A stretch of 64,000 nt of DNA from Callorhinchus milii (taxonomy: Eukaryota). Below are positions 49,633 through 62,562 of the stretch, one piece after another. The first letter of the stretch is position 1. Each line of letters opens with the position of its first letter. The notes beneath the pieces are model-generated. The model was not told the DNA's origin and made no database searches. It worked only from the letters and a program-made list of their open reading frames with translations. Where the stretch lies: positions 100,380,001 through 100,444,000 of the forward strand of contig NW_024704743.1 of assembly GCF_018977255.1 (NCBI RefSeq). The letters run 5' to 3'. The position numbers were made by a program, and so were the translations under genes.

Positions 49633-51459
49633 CATTCTTATACCTGTGGCTGGTCAATAATTTCTATTGTACAATACTGTCCTAGAGGGATGCATTCTGC
49701 TTACCTAATTCTGGAGAATATTAGGCGCAGGCTGGCAAGATCAAAAGCTTGGGGATCCCAAAGTGTTCACTTAGATACATCCCCAGCATTGCACTGGAGT
49801 GTCAGCCTATATTGTGAGTTCAAATTCAACTCAAACTGAAAGGATGACAGATATTCCTTTGTATTATTAAAGTGTTCTATATGCAATGCAATTGGCCAAT
49901 TTCATTCCAGTTCCTGCGATGTACAGGCTCAAAGCTCCCATATTTCATCAGTAGATTTAAATATTTTACTCAAAAAAGTGGCATTGGAATTATTGTGTTC
50001 ATGCAGAACCAAATGGTCTTTTGAGCTCAAGGTCAATGTACACCTTTTGAAGCAGTGTAGGGGAAAATTACTCCATTAGGTTGGTTTTGCCTGACAAGAA
50101 AGTACATTTTTTTATGTAACACAAACCAATTAAACACTTGAGTGTTCAAGAAGATTATTCATTTTGGTGGCAGCTGCTGTGCTGGGCCACTTAACAGACA
50201 ACTCTGTAAGTGAACTGGTGCACTTCATTTCACTAGAAAACAATGGGTTAAAATGTGACGTTCAATGTCAAAAATAGTACGATGACAAAAAACACATCAC
50301 CAAAATTGTATTGAACTATTCACAAGTTTGGTACAACACTTGGCACAATAGTTTGGCACAATAGTTTGGTTCAAAGCCCGCTTTCAACAATGTGTGTATT
50401 CCTGCTTCATTTGTTTTCCTGAATGGACAAGTTAGTTGGCCCCGTTATGTTTCTGACCCAAGATCTGAGGTTCAATTTTTACTTCACTGGACACTGATGG
50501 AGTGAAGGCGGTATCCTGTATTTAGCAACACTGAAACACCGTTCTCTGTGATCAGAAAGAACAAATGGAGATCTGAAATCTTCTGGCCCAACCATCAGCA
50601 ATGACAATGGCATTGCACATCAAATTGGTTCTCCCTCCACCTTGTAATAAAGCTATATTGGACTTGTCAATAATGTGACAAAATTGCTGGGACCCCAATA
50701 CTGGTCACTCCATTTTACAACACTTTGAGACATTATGGGCACTGCATGAAATGGAAAAAATATTATTACCTCGTGGGTGGCTTTGGGCACAGCAATTGAC
50801 ATAGAATCAGAGCATAGAGGTGGATGGAGGATCACACAGTGTTGATATTGACGAGTGTGATAACACATGTCACATAACAATTTTCACCTCAATGTCAACT
50901 ATTAATATTAAGGAGAGGGCACATTGAAAAGACCTGAGATTTATTCAAAGAATGGTTTGGTGGCAACATACTCAGTACACTCTTCTCTACTGTTGGATAC
51001 AGACTGGAGAAAGAATGCAATTAGATGGAAGTCCTTCAGCTTTTTCTGTAAATTTCTTACAAATGAGCCACGGAACTCTCCTGTAATGGTCACCATTACA
51101 TTCATTAGATTCTCAAAATGATTATGCAAGTATGACATGATGTGAAAGAAAAGGACAATATTTTTAGTGCTTGAAAACTTCTAATTTATAGAGATTAAAC
51201 TGGACATGCTTTGGGTAGACTAGTTAATTTCATATAATGTGAATTGCTCTGATTCAATGGGTCTCTTCTGCTCTGTTTCTCATAACAGAATTTATCTGAT
51301 TTTTACCCAAAGATATTTACTAATCAAACCGATCGCTGTTATAATTCCCAGCTGCTCATATTGTCTCCACAATTATGGCTAAACAGTGGAGAGATCAGCT
51401 AATACAGGCATCTCCTCCTGGCCTATCTCTTCACATTCATTGATAATCTTACAAAAAAG

Positions 51460-51638
51460 TAGTAATAAATTGGTCACTTCAATCCACGATTGTTTGTGGG
51501 ACACTGCTGTGTGCAATTGGCTGCCGCGTTTCGCCCACAATATACAGTCAGTTCACTTTACAGTATATTCTGTGAAGCGCTTTGAGATGTCTCGAAGACA
51601 TGATAAGGGACTATATAAAATGCAAGGATTATTATTAT
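51460..51638 (+). mobile_element. SINE 3' half
   Basis: Deu-like segment and L2-type tail. Confidence 0.88.
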
Positions 51639-51814
51639 ATCAAATGGGATAATATGAAGACCAAGGTTCCTTCTCAAAGAGGCACTGTCATATTGATAAG
51701 TTTGAAAAATCTTGCAAGCTCGAAATTAATGATGTCAATAAATTATCTACTTGGAAGAATCCAACAATACAATAGGTTTTGAATCTAAGTCGATCTGCTC
51801 ATTTTACAAAGACA

Positions 51815-51995
51815 AGAGAAATTCCATCTTGCTCTAGATTTAATCTATTTTTTTAGAATTTCAAAGGTGCAGAATTTGGCAAATTATTGAATTCAATCTC
51901 AACTTTGAAGTTTTTTTGTAATTCTTATAAGAAACTTATAGAAAACTGACATTAATTAATACTTGGTATCAGAATTTTTCAAATCTTGAAATTGA
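51815..51995. mobile_element. Degraded copy of the 25665-type MITE
   Basis: AAATTCCATCTTGCTCTAGATTTAATCTAT...CAGAATTTGGCAAATTATTGAATTCAATCTCAACTTTGAAG aligns with 25669-25760. Confidence 0.6.
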
Positions 51996-53249
51996 TCCGT
52001 ACTGCAACAGGGGGCTAAAGAGCCTTGGGGAAAGGAGTTTGGTATGGATGAGTATATGGGCGGCAGAGTTCTGAGGCAACCTCCTGACTTGAAAATCTCT
52101 AGATCAAATGTAAGGATGACGAGGATGATTATTATTCATAATCATATGAATTATATGTTCTGCCATCATGTTGAAAACAGATCATCTTCCCCTATCCCTA
52201 GAATGTGGCCGAATGTACACTTTTTGGAATACAGTTTCCCTCTTCAAAATAAGTCGTAAAAAAGCTTATCTGGAGTCACAGACAAGATTGTCCGAAAATG
52301 CAAAGCTTATTTTTTTCCCCATTTGCAGACTTTCAACTTGCCGCTGAATGAGTTACAGCCTCAAAGAGGCTGCCTGTTCCACTTAAACATTTGTCATGGT
52401 AATAATTGGTGTCATACCTGCTGCTTCGAGCCATTAACAATGATTATTTGTGACGTGACCTTCTTTGGAAAACTGCGCTTTGACTTTTTAGTTCCAAATG
52501 GAGGATTTGTTTTCGCAACTCGGCAATAGGATCACTGATAAAGCAAAGAGAAATACTACAAGCCTGCCAACAAAATGCTAACAATTACCATAAATATGTC
52601 ACAGAGCTGGATGGTCTAATTTAAAAACACAGCAGCAAACGATTACATGATAAGAACAGACATTTCTTGCCACCTTCCCTCGGAAGGAACCCGGCATCAA
52701 ATGTTTAGACAAGCAAGTACTTCAAATATACCACAGTATGAAGGTGGGTAGGTGGGTTGTGCAGTGATTAAAGTACAATCCTCTCACCTCTTGCACCTAT
52801 GTTTCAATGAAGCCCAGACTGAAGGGATGAATGGGTTGGAGGCAGGGTGTTCCAGAGTTTTGGGGCACAGTGGCTGAAAGCACAGCCACCAATGGTGGAA
52901 AGGAGGGATGTGCAGAAGCCCATTAATTTCTGTTAAGTGTAGTGACATTTTTTTCGTAGCCAAACAAGGTACCGTAAAGGTACAGTAAACATACTGTAAA
53001 GTCCCATAAACAGAGACAGTGCAGGCCAGACACACCAAGAAAAGTCCCTTTCTTTTTGAACAATGTTATGGGATGTTTTCCATCCATCTGAAGATAATAA
53101 TAATAATAATAATCCTTGCATTTGATATAGCGCTTTTCACGTCTTCTCGATGTTGTAAAGTGAATTTATAAAATAAATAAAATAAAAGATAAGCAGAAGG
53201 GACTTCAGTTTCATACCTTATCTGAAGGAAGGTACTACCCGCAACCCTT

Positions 53250-55638
53250 CCCTCACCTAGTATTCATCTCCTTCACCACCTCCACCCCCCTCCCCACCTC
53301 CACCAGACCCACCACCATCTTCTACCGCCCCTGGAAGAAGTTACCCCCACAATCCCTAACCGCTGCCTTGGAGTCCTCTGAACTCCTTTCCCTCTGGCCT
53401 TCATCCCTCACTGACCCCACTTCTCCTCTCACCCTCCTCCACAACACCCTCTCCTCCACACTCGACACTCTTGCCCCCATCACCTCCCATACTGTCTCCT
53501 ACTCTCGCTCCTCCCCCTGGTTCACCACCCACCTCCGCTCACTGAAGAGCCAGGTGCAGGCAGCTGAATGCACCTGCCTCAAATCTGGCCTAATGGTCCA
53601 CCGACAAATATGGCTGGACCTCCTCAAAATCTACCGCTCCACTCTAGTCTCGGCCAAGTCGTCCTTCTACTCCAGGATAATCCTGGAGGCGAAGAACAAC
53701 CCCAGGCTTCTGTTTTCTACCACATCCCGAATCCTCCGTCCCCCCCGCAGGTCATCTCCTCCAACCTTCACTGCGAGGAGATGCTGGATTTCCTTGAATC
53801 CAAAATCAAGGGAATCCACTCCGCTGTCACTTTCCCTCCAACCTCCACCCACCCCCCACCCCCTCCCTCCCACACTCCGACTCCTACCCATCCTCCCCTA
53901 CACACCTTCGTACCCGTTTCCCCACCTTCTGTCACCAAACTCATCCTATCCCTGAAACCCACCACCTGCTCCCTTGACCCCATCCCCACTCCACTCCTTA
54001 TCTCTCAGCTCCACCTCCTTGCCCCACATATCACAGACATCATCAACCTGTCCCTCTCCTCTGGCTCTGTTCCCATTCCCCTAAAAACTGCCACCATCAC
54101 TCCCACTTTGAAAAAACCCTCCCTTGATGCGTCGCAGCTATCAAGCTACCGGCCCATCTCCAACCTCCCCTTCCTGTCCAAGGTCCTGGAACGAGTTGTC
54201 GCCTCCCAGCTGCGCTCTTTCCTCTCCACCATTCATTATTCGAACCCCTTCAGTCGGGTTTCCGTGCTGCCCATAGCACAGAAACCGCCCTGGTCAAGGT
54301 CACCAATGACATCCTGACCATCTGCAACCAGGGCCCACTCTGCCTCCTCATCCTTCTCGACCTATCGGCAGCATTCGATATGGTCGACCACGCTATCCTC
54401 CTCCACCGCTTGTCCTTCCACCTCAACCTTCAAGGCCCTGTCGTTGAGTGGTTTAGGTCGTACCTCTCCCACCATCTTCATTTTGTTTCCACAAACGGCT
54501 TTTCCTCCACCCCCCGCACTGTCTCGTGCGGTGTCCCTCAGGGCTCTGTTCTCGGTCCCCTCCTCTTCACCCTCTATATGCTCCCTCTTGGTGACATCAT
54601 CCGCAGACATGGGGTTAACTTCCACATGTATGCGGATGACACCCAACTCTACCTTTCCTCCTCTACCCTCAACTCCACGACCACCGATGTCCTGACAGCC
54701 TGCCTGTCTGACATCGAGTCCTGGACGAGAGACAACTTTCTTCAGCTCAATGTGCGTAAAACTGAGGCCCTCCTGATTGGCTCACGTCAGCGCCTCCACA
54801 CCTCAGGCGCTGACAGCATCAGCATCCAAGGCTGCACTCTCCACCTCTCAAAGCCAATCAGGAACCTCGGGGTTCTGTTCTTTCTTCCTTTCTTCCCCAT
54901 ATCTCTCATATCCTCATATCCACGCCACAACTGGCACCGCCTTCCATCACCTCCAGAATGTCACCAGACTACGGCACTACCTCACCCCTCACGCTGCTGA
55001 AACTCTGGTCCACGCCTTTATCACCTCAAGGCTGGAATATGGGAACTCTCTCCTCGTCGGCCTTCCCGGCACCTCCCTCCACAAGCTGCAGGTCATTCAA
55101 AACTCTGCAGCTCGTGTACTGTCCCGCACCAGGCTTCAGGACCACATCACTCCCACCCTCGCTCGCCTCCACTGGCTCCCCATCCCCCAGAAGATCGAAT
55201 TCAAGATCCTCATCCTCACCTACAAGGCCATTCACGGCCTTGCTCCCTCCTACCTCTCTGACCTACTATCCCCCTACTTACCTGCCCGTACCCTCCGTTC
55301 CTCTGGCTCCGGTCTGCTCCACATCCCCCGCCCCAACCGCCCTACCATCGGTGGCCGGGCCTTCAGCCTCTCAGCCCCCAGGCTCTGGAACTCCATCCCC
55401 CAGTGCCTTTGCCTTGCTTCCTCTCTTTCCTCCTTCAAGGCTGGTCTCAAGACCTTTCTCTTTGACCGTGCCTTCAGCTCCCCTCTCGACTCACTACCCC
55501 CTCCTCACTCCCTCCCTTCCCTCCCCTCACCCTGACAATTTCTCCCCTGCTCGGGTCCTGACCCAACTGTACAGCGCCTTGGGACGTCCTCCCGACGTGA
55601 AAGGCGCTCTATAAATGGAATCTTGTTGTTGTTGTTGT
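53250..55638 (+). mobile_element. 5'-truncated L2 LINE; ORF2 reverse transcriptase pseudogene
   Basis: [66 protein letters not shown] spread over several frames (frameshifts); 3' stem-loop at 55573-55608; (GTT)n tail. Confidence 0.97.
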
Positions 55639-56189
55639 ATTGCACAAAAAGTGAATTTGACCCATTTCCTAGTGATCACACCATCACATCAAGCTCCAGC
55701 TTTAATTAATCGCAATGAGAAGAAACTCGTAGAGCAGAACCCAGCCTCATTAAATGAAAGGATTGAGGGGATATGACCAAGCATTTTATCATGCTGAAAG
55801 GGACAGATGATGTAGATGTAAACAGGCTACTTGACACAAACCACTGGTGCAGAACCAAAGGGCACATGTTTTATAATTAAAAAGATTGAGAATTAGTTTT
55901 TTCGGCCACATGAACAATTGTTGCAAGGCCCACAAATCTCTATATAAAATAACTATTTGGCTGGGAACAGAACTGTTGGTGACAAGTGCGGACTTATGAA
56001 GACCTACATCTTCAATCACAGCTATGGTCACCTCCACCTCCCCTTTACTTCTGCCACTATACAGCACTCTGAGATGCTATCTGCCTGAAGTTTGTTGTAT
56101 AAAATTTGTTTTGTTGTTTTTGGACTGAGAGGAACAATTACTTTATACGCTGAGTTGGTAGCTGTTCAATAAATTGCACACCTCACTAC

Positions 56190-57100
56190 TGATAATAATA
56201 ATAATAATCCTTGCATTTGATGATGCTAAAGAGTGCTGGTCATTATTTCACTGATAATTTTATTTATCCTTTCATTATCACGTCGTCGAAGCACGTCAAA
56301 GCACTTCACAAGATAAACTTTAAAATTGTGTGACGTATCTATTTTGTGGTGCAAATATGGCAACCAACATGCACAAAGCAATATCCTACAAACAGCCATG
56401 TAGTGAGTTACCAATGTTATTCGGGGGATTGTTAGCCAGGAGATCAGGAAAAACTCCCTTCTCATTTTGAATAGCACCATGGGATCTTTAACGTCCACCT
56501 AGACTGGCAAATGTGTCATAAAATTATAGAATTTTACACCACAGGTGGCCATTTGGCCAATCGTGCCTGTGCCAGCTCTTTGAAAGAGCTACCAACTAAT
56601 CCCACTTCCCCGCTCTTACCCCATAGCCCTGCAAATCTTTTTATTTTAAGTACCTATCTAAATCCCTTTTGAAAGCTATTATCGAATCTGCTTCCACCAC
56701 CCTTTCAGGCAGTGCATTCCAGACCATAACAACTCTCTGGGTAAAAAATGTTCCATCTCATCCCCCATCTGCTTCTTTTGCCAATTGTCCTAAATCTGCG
56801 TTCCTTGGTTACTGACCCACCTACCAGAGGGAACTGTTTGTCCCTTTCTACTCTATCAAAACCCCTCATGATAATGAAAACCTCTATTAAACCTCTCCTT
56901 AACCTTCTCTACTCCAAGGAGAACAATCTCAGCCTCTATAGTCTCTCCACATAATTCCTCGGTTTAAAATATCATCTGAAGGTTGGCATGCCGAGCACTG
57001 CATTAACCTATTCTACATGGGTTCCAAGTCCTGACTTGGAGCTTTAACCCACAACTTTTTGACGTAGGTGAGAGTTCCAGCATCTGAGGCAAGCTGACGC
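56190..57100 (-). mobile_element. SacSINE1-like Deu SINE split by a CR1 insertion
   Basis: 56190-56512 and 56957-57100 are colinear with 20373-20808. Confidence 0.8.
56517..56954 (-). mobile_element. CR1-type 3' fragment nested in a SINE
   Basis: Minus strand reads LFSLE*RRLRRGLIEVF and FFTQRVVMVWNALPERVVEA; CR1-type tail. Confidence 0.9.
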
Positions 57101-59066
57101 TCATGCAGATAAGAGCAGATCATAAATTGCCAAAACTGTAAGCAAGGTTTTGTTTATCACTAATTCGTTCTTTCCAACAAGAAGCTAATCATTATTCCAT
57201 GCAATATTTCACTGCACCAGATAATTGGAATCCACCAGATAATTCTGGAAACAAAAATGGTATATTTCATCAACAATACAAATCTTGTGCAAAGAAAAAT
57301 TCCCCTAAGTAGTTTTTAATGGACAATTTATTTCGTCTGAATCGATTTAAGATGGAAACTTGCTCCCAAAGTATCATCGCCAAAGCATCAAATAGGTGTC
57401 AGTCTTTTAGATGTTTTACATTAAAATACATTAAAATGTTATAACCTGATATAGATCATCAATACAATGATATAGTGATCTTAATCTTTAACTATTCACA
57501 CAGATGTTGAAGGAGTTGATGCTGAATCAATTATATAAGTCGATGACATTAAATGTTACTTGTGAAGCTTGGAAGAATATGAGATACATCACTGTTAGAT
57601 CTTTATTAAGAAAAATACTCCTTCAAATATAACATCAATTTACATTTATAGTGCCTTTCATGTCTGATTGACGTCTCAAAGCGATTTACACAGCGAACTG
57701 GGAGATAGCACAATAAAATAGCGGCAAGGGAAATGTAGGTGTCCAATCATCTTATTCCTTGTTTCCCAGTTTTCCTTTGTCAGTCAATTTATAATATAGG
57801 CTGGAATGAGCCATTTCAAATCTTTCCTCACCCATCCATGCATGCACAAATAGTTGCTGGAAACATATGTCCAGATAAGGCCCTTTGCACCTGGATAATG
57901 CAGCATTAGTCAGATTTGAAAGAGTGACCTTTGGGAAAACCGTGTGTTTTTCTTCCTTGAAGAAGATAATTAAAGAATAATTTTCCTGTAATGCGTAAAC
58001 TGAAAAAATAGAAATAAAACTTCTAAAACTGAAACAGAGATAGGTCTTCAGGCAGGTTTTGAAAGATAAGAAGGAGGAGGTGGGAAGAGGGGGGTGAAGG
58101 GGGAAGTGGGGTCTGGATTGGAGTTCCAGGTCACTATCACATGGAACGAGTTAGAAAATAGCATGGACTTCATCATGCTGGTCTTCTTCAAAACCTCAAG
58201 ATGTTTTTAAAACTCTTATACATATCATTTGCAGAACTCCCCATCAATGACTGTCCAACGTTCACTAGCAACACTACAGTTATAATGTGATAAAGGAAAT
58301 GATATTATGGAACAGAGCACTCTTAATCTATAATCCTTAGTCATAAAAAAAGAGGGAAAAATATATACTTTTCAAAAAAACAAACTTGCTGTTGGTGATG
58401 AGGATTAAAGCTGAATGTTAGGAACTGACTTGATGACCTGTTATATCAGGTCTCCCAGCTGGTACTTAACATTTAAATGATGCTGGAATTTTGGGATCAT
58501 CATATAGGAAATGATGCTAATCTGCACTCTACATAATGACAGCTGCTTGCTCAGTGATCAGCGCAGTGGCTCTCTCCCAATTGAGAGATTTGACAATGGC
58601 CACTTTCCAGAAGGCTACTCTCTGATTGAAAGCCTCCTGGAAGTTACAAGAAATTAAGAGACAGTTATCAATATTTTAACATCTGTCTCAAAGGAATGTT
58701 AGCATTCTGGCACAGGATGTGAGGATGTGCTGTGTATGTGAAGTAAGGCATGCTGGCATTACTAGGTGATTTTTGCTTATAAATTGCATGACATTTCATT
58801 AGCTTAGTCTGCTGTTTAACTTATATTCTTGGGCTCTGAAAGAGATTACATTATTTTCTAGTGAAATCCTCTTGTCCTTTCATGTTATCATGAGTTAAAA
58901 AATGCCCGTCCTTGTCTCACATAGAGGTTCTTTACCCACTTAGCTACTGTCCTTTGATGAGAGCCAAAGACTTTCAGCAATATCACAAAATTAGGATCAT
59001 GAGGGATATATTACAAGAAATAAAATGAATGGGGAAGAAGGTTAGAATTCCAGACCCTTCAAACCC

Positions 59067-59381
59067 TGTGGAGTCCTGTAGCTCAGTGGTTAGAGCACTC
59101 GCCTTGCAAGCGAAATACCTGGGTTCGATTCCAGGCAGGGTGAAAGCTTGGGCAAGTTTCCTTACTCCACACGCCTATTAATAATCCCTCCAAAACAAAA
59201 CAATAATAAATTGGTCATTTTCAATCTACGACTGTTTGTGGAACACTGCTGTGCCCAATTGGCTGCCGCGTTTCGCCCACAAATACAGTCAATTCACTTT
59301 ACAGTATATTCTGTAAAGCGCTTTGAGACATCTAGAAGACCCGAAAGGCGCTATATCAAATGCAAGGATTATTATTATTAT
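59067..59381 (+). mobile_element. Full-length short-form SINE
   Basis: Canonical B box GGTTCGATTCC; TSD AACCCTGTG (59062-59070) / AACACTGTG (59382-59390) with one mismatch. Confidence 0.95.
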
Positions 59382-59931
59382 AACACTGTGCTTTCATCTC
59401 CTGATATCAGGAGAGCTCCTTGAAATTTCCACAAGACTTCTACGCCCATTATTTACAATGCAACCCTGTATAACATGGTGATCTGATTCCATTATCTCAG
59501 ATGTCACATTATGATGAAGTATGGAAAAGTGAGCGGGACATACGATTGTCATTTCCTGCATGCTATGTCCAAGTATTGCCATTTATCTCACTTCGTTAGT
59601 GAAGGGACATCAATAGTACTTCCTACACACCTGAATAGGAAGTGACGTTAGAGGCACCTATTGAGCAAAGTGCCTAAAATCAGCACCCAGGAAGTGACAT
59701 CAGAGATGCTTTCCTGTGCATAGCATGCAACGTCAGTAGGGTTGTGAAGACATAAAAGTCAGCCATTGTTTAGTGTGGTAAGTTGGCTAGTCAGTACTGG
59801 GCGACTGGTATAGATTCTACATGCATCACATAGCTTTTTCATGACAATGAGACATATTACCATCCACAGAATAAGTCAAAACTTTCCTTTTGGGAGGGGT
59901 CATTATCCAAATGGCAAACATCAGACACTTG

Positions 59932-60240
59932 TTGTCAGCCTGGCTGGGTGGTAGCCCTCTCACTTCTGAGTCAGAAGGTTGTGGGTTCAAGTCCCACATT
60001 GGTACTTGAACTCATGAGGTCTTACCTGACACTTCTATGTAGTGCTGGGTTTGTGTTGCATTATCAGAGATGCCATCCTTTGGATGATATGTTAAACTGA
60101 AATCCCGTCCACCTGGTCAGGTAAACGTAAAAGCATGGCATTATTCGAAAAGAAAAATGAGTTTCTCCTGGAGTCCTGGCCAAAATCCCCAAATAAAATC
60201 ATTAATTTCATGGCTATTGTTGGACATTGCTGCATGTACA
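59932..60240 (+). mobile_element. SacSINE1-like Deu SINE lacking its tail
   Basis: TGTCAGCCTGGCTGGGTGGTAG...TCTGAGTCAGAAGGTTGTGGGTTCAAGTCCCAC...GTCCTGGCCAA. Confidence 0.85.
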
Positions 60241-61903
60241 ATGTATAAAGTGTGGAGATTAAGCTTTAGCTGAATCAAAAGTCAGTTGATCCCATTTACA
60301 TCTTTTCCTCTGCCTTTATTAATGTTGATGATTGGGAATGTCATGATCAAAGCAGTAGAAAGGAGATTGAATTGCTTTCCATAAAGATTTCAGGTCTGCC
60401 AAAGCACACAGAATAATTTCTTTAATATCTAAGTTCAAACATCAACATGATGGATGACAAGAGCCTGACTATTCTGTGTTAATATTTCATGCCCTTGGAA
60501 GAACGTATGGAAAATAAGCAATAAACTGATGCATACAGCGTTAATATCCTGCACAGGTCAAACATTAATCTCTCCTCTCCCTCCCCCCCAGCAACAATTC
60601 AGGACCTTATTTTTTCAGCTTTCATATTATTCTATGTGCTGGTACATACGCTATGCATGGGCAGATTAGAACTCATAGGAGATAAGAGAAAATTTCAGTA
60701 CTACATAATATTCATCAGATGAGGCATTGCAGAGTCCATCAAATGGGTGTGAAATCATCGGCTAGTGCTCATGCTCATATTTTGGACATACCCCACATTT
60801 CAAGGTACTTGTCTTTCCCAGTGAAGGTCTTGGCTCTGAGAGTCACACAGCTTAACGTTGAAACAGGAAGAGGCATCAATCTCGGTGTTGTGAATGAGAG
60901 AGTGAACGATGGGGAAATAAACGTTTTGGGTATTTGTTCAGTTAGGACCATCCTTCATGCTTGTTCCACCATAGGATCTTGGTGGATCTTTCAAAAATCT
61001 CATTTCCCTGTCTTTTATCTATGTCCCTTAATACTATTGCTTCCCAAGGTTGAGGACATGTCTGCAAGGATCTTCTTAGCTGTGTACCTCCTACCTCCTT
61101 CAAGCCAGGTAGACCTCACTTCTCTTCTCCTTCCCATTCTCCTGAAATTATTTTAGAAATGCCAATCTCAAAAGGATGAAAGGCTGAAAGATTGTGCTGT
61201 GACTTGCATAGAAAAGCCCAATGTTCAACCAGGAATGTTTATATTTTGAATTCTAATGCTGTGTTTACACAATTAAATCAAGAATTTGGGAGAATTCCTG
61301 TACAATACAATGAATGGAACATACAAACCTGGTCCTAAAGTTCTAAACAACAACAAAATTACATTTGTAAAGCGTCTTTCACGTCGAGAGGACATTCCAA
61401 GGCACTGTCGGTAAAAACACATAGACGGATAGGGAAGATGTTATTGAACAGGCAACCTCAATCTTTGTTGTTTATTTACAACCTATTTAGTCTGTTGCAC
61501 TGATATCACTCAGAGATCAAATGGGGGAAATAAAAAAAATCTATGGTATTTTCTCAGCTAAGTATTTCACTACAGTTTCTGTGAAGTGAAGTGTATTGGA
61601 AGGGAAATCCAGCAGCCAATCTGTGTACAGTAAAGTCCCATGAAGTGAATGTCTAAGTTTATCCGGGGATTATTGGCCAGAACACTGGGAGAAACTCGCT
61701 TCTCTTTACAAACAGTGACATAGGATCATTAACCTAAAGACTTTGCCCTAGGAAAGGGTCTCAGTTAAATTAACCTGCACAGACGAGGATTAAATGTGGA
61801 ATGATCATTGCACTGCATCACTGCATAGTGCATTTTTCCTTGGAGCCAACCGAAGTACATTTTTAGTAAATCTACTCCCACTCAGATATCATTGGAGAAA
61901 TTT

Positions 61904-62283
61904 TAATAATAATAATGATAATCCTTGCAACTGATATAGCGCCTTATCACATCTTCGAGATGTCTCAAAACTCTTCACAATATACTGTAAAGTGAATTGG
62001 CTGTATATTTTGTGGGTGATACGGCATTGGCGGCAGCCAATTGTACACAGCAATGTCCCACAAACAGTCATGGATTGAGTGACCAAACTTTTTTTTAAAA
62101 TGGAAAGTTATCCCCGGAAAAGCGATCCATGAATTAACTAACAACCAGGTTCCTATTTACTGCTGGGTGGACTGAGGTGTGTGGAGTAAGGAAACTTGCC
62201 CAATGTTTTGCCCTGCCCAGGAATCAAGCCCAGGTCCTCTCGCTTGTGAGGCAAGTGCTCTAACCACTAAGCTACTGACTCCA
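61904..62283 (-). mobile_element. Full-length older long-form SINE
   Basis: Tail, Deu-like 3' part, extra central segment, tRNA head with a CAC anticodon-like loop. Confidence 0.88.
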
Positions 62284-62562
62284 TTTTCTCTAGACTACAG
62301 GAGATGTTGACTGACAGTTTTGATCATTTTAAATCTGCTGCCAACCAAGAAAATTACTTTAGCTCCATGGTTGTTCACTGAGATTCACCAGGGGAAATTT
62401 AGATATTTCAGCCCACATTTCAGCTGCAGCCCACATTCTTCAGCTAGTTATGTGGAGAACAGTAATGATAATGATATCAGTTTTTATAATACATTTTCTT
62501 TTTAAATTTATGTTTCAAATACCTTTTGGAACAGGTAATTAGTCCCCTGTCATGCAGTAGGT

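Noticed and set aside
50321..50370. 13-bp tandem TGGCACAATAGTT
   Set aside because: Two exact copies plus decayed neighbours; ordinary slippage.
53368..55614. Functional reverse transcriptase gene or a novel overlapping-ORF system
   Set aside because: 5'-truncated L2 with several frameshifts; the overlapping ORFs result from C-rich, stop-poor sequence.
60719..61156. 145-aa plus-strand ORF, or a minus-strand terminal exon ENGKEKRSEVYLA-stop
   Set aside because: No recognisable domain; minus frames carry several stops; a faint hAT-like stretch (NVYFPIVHSLI) is too short to support a call.
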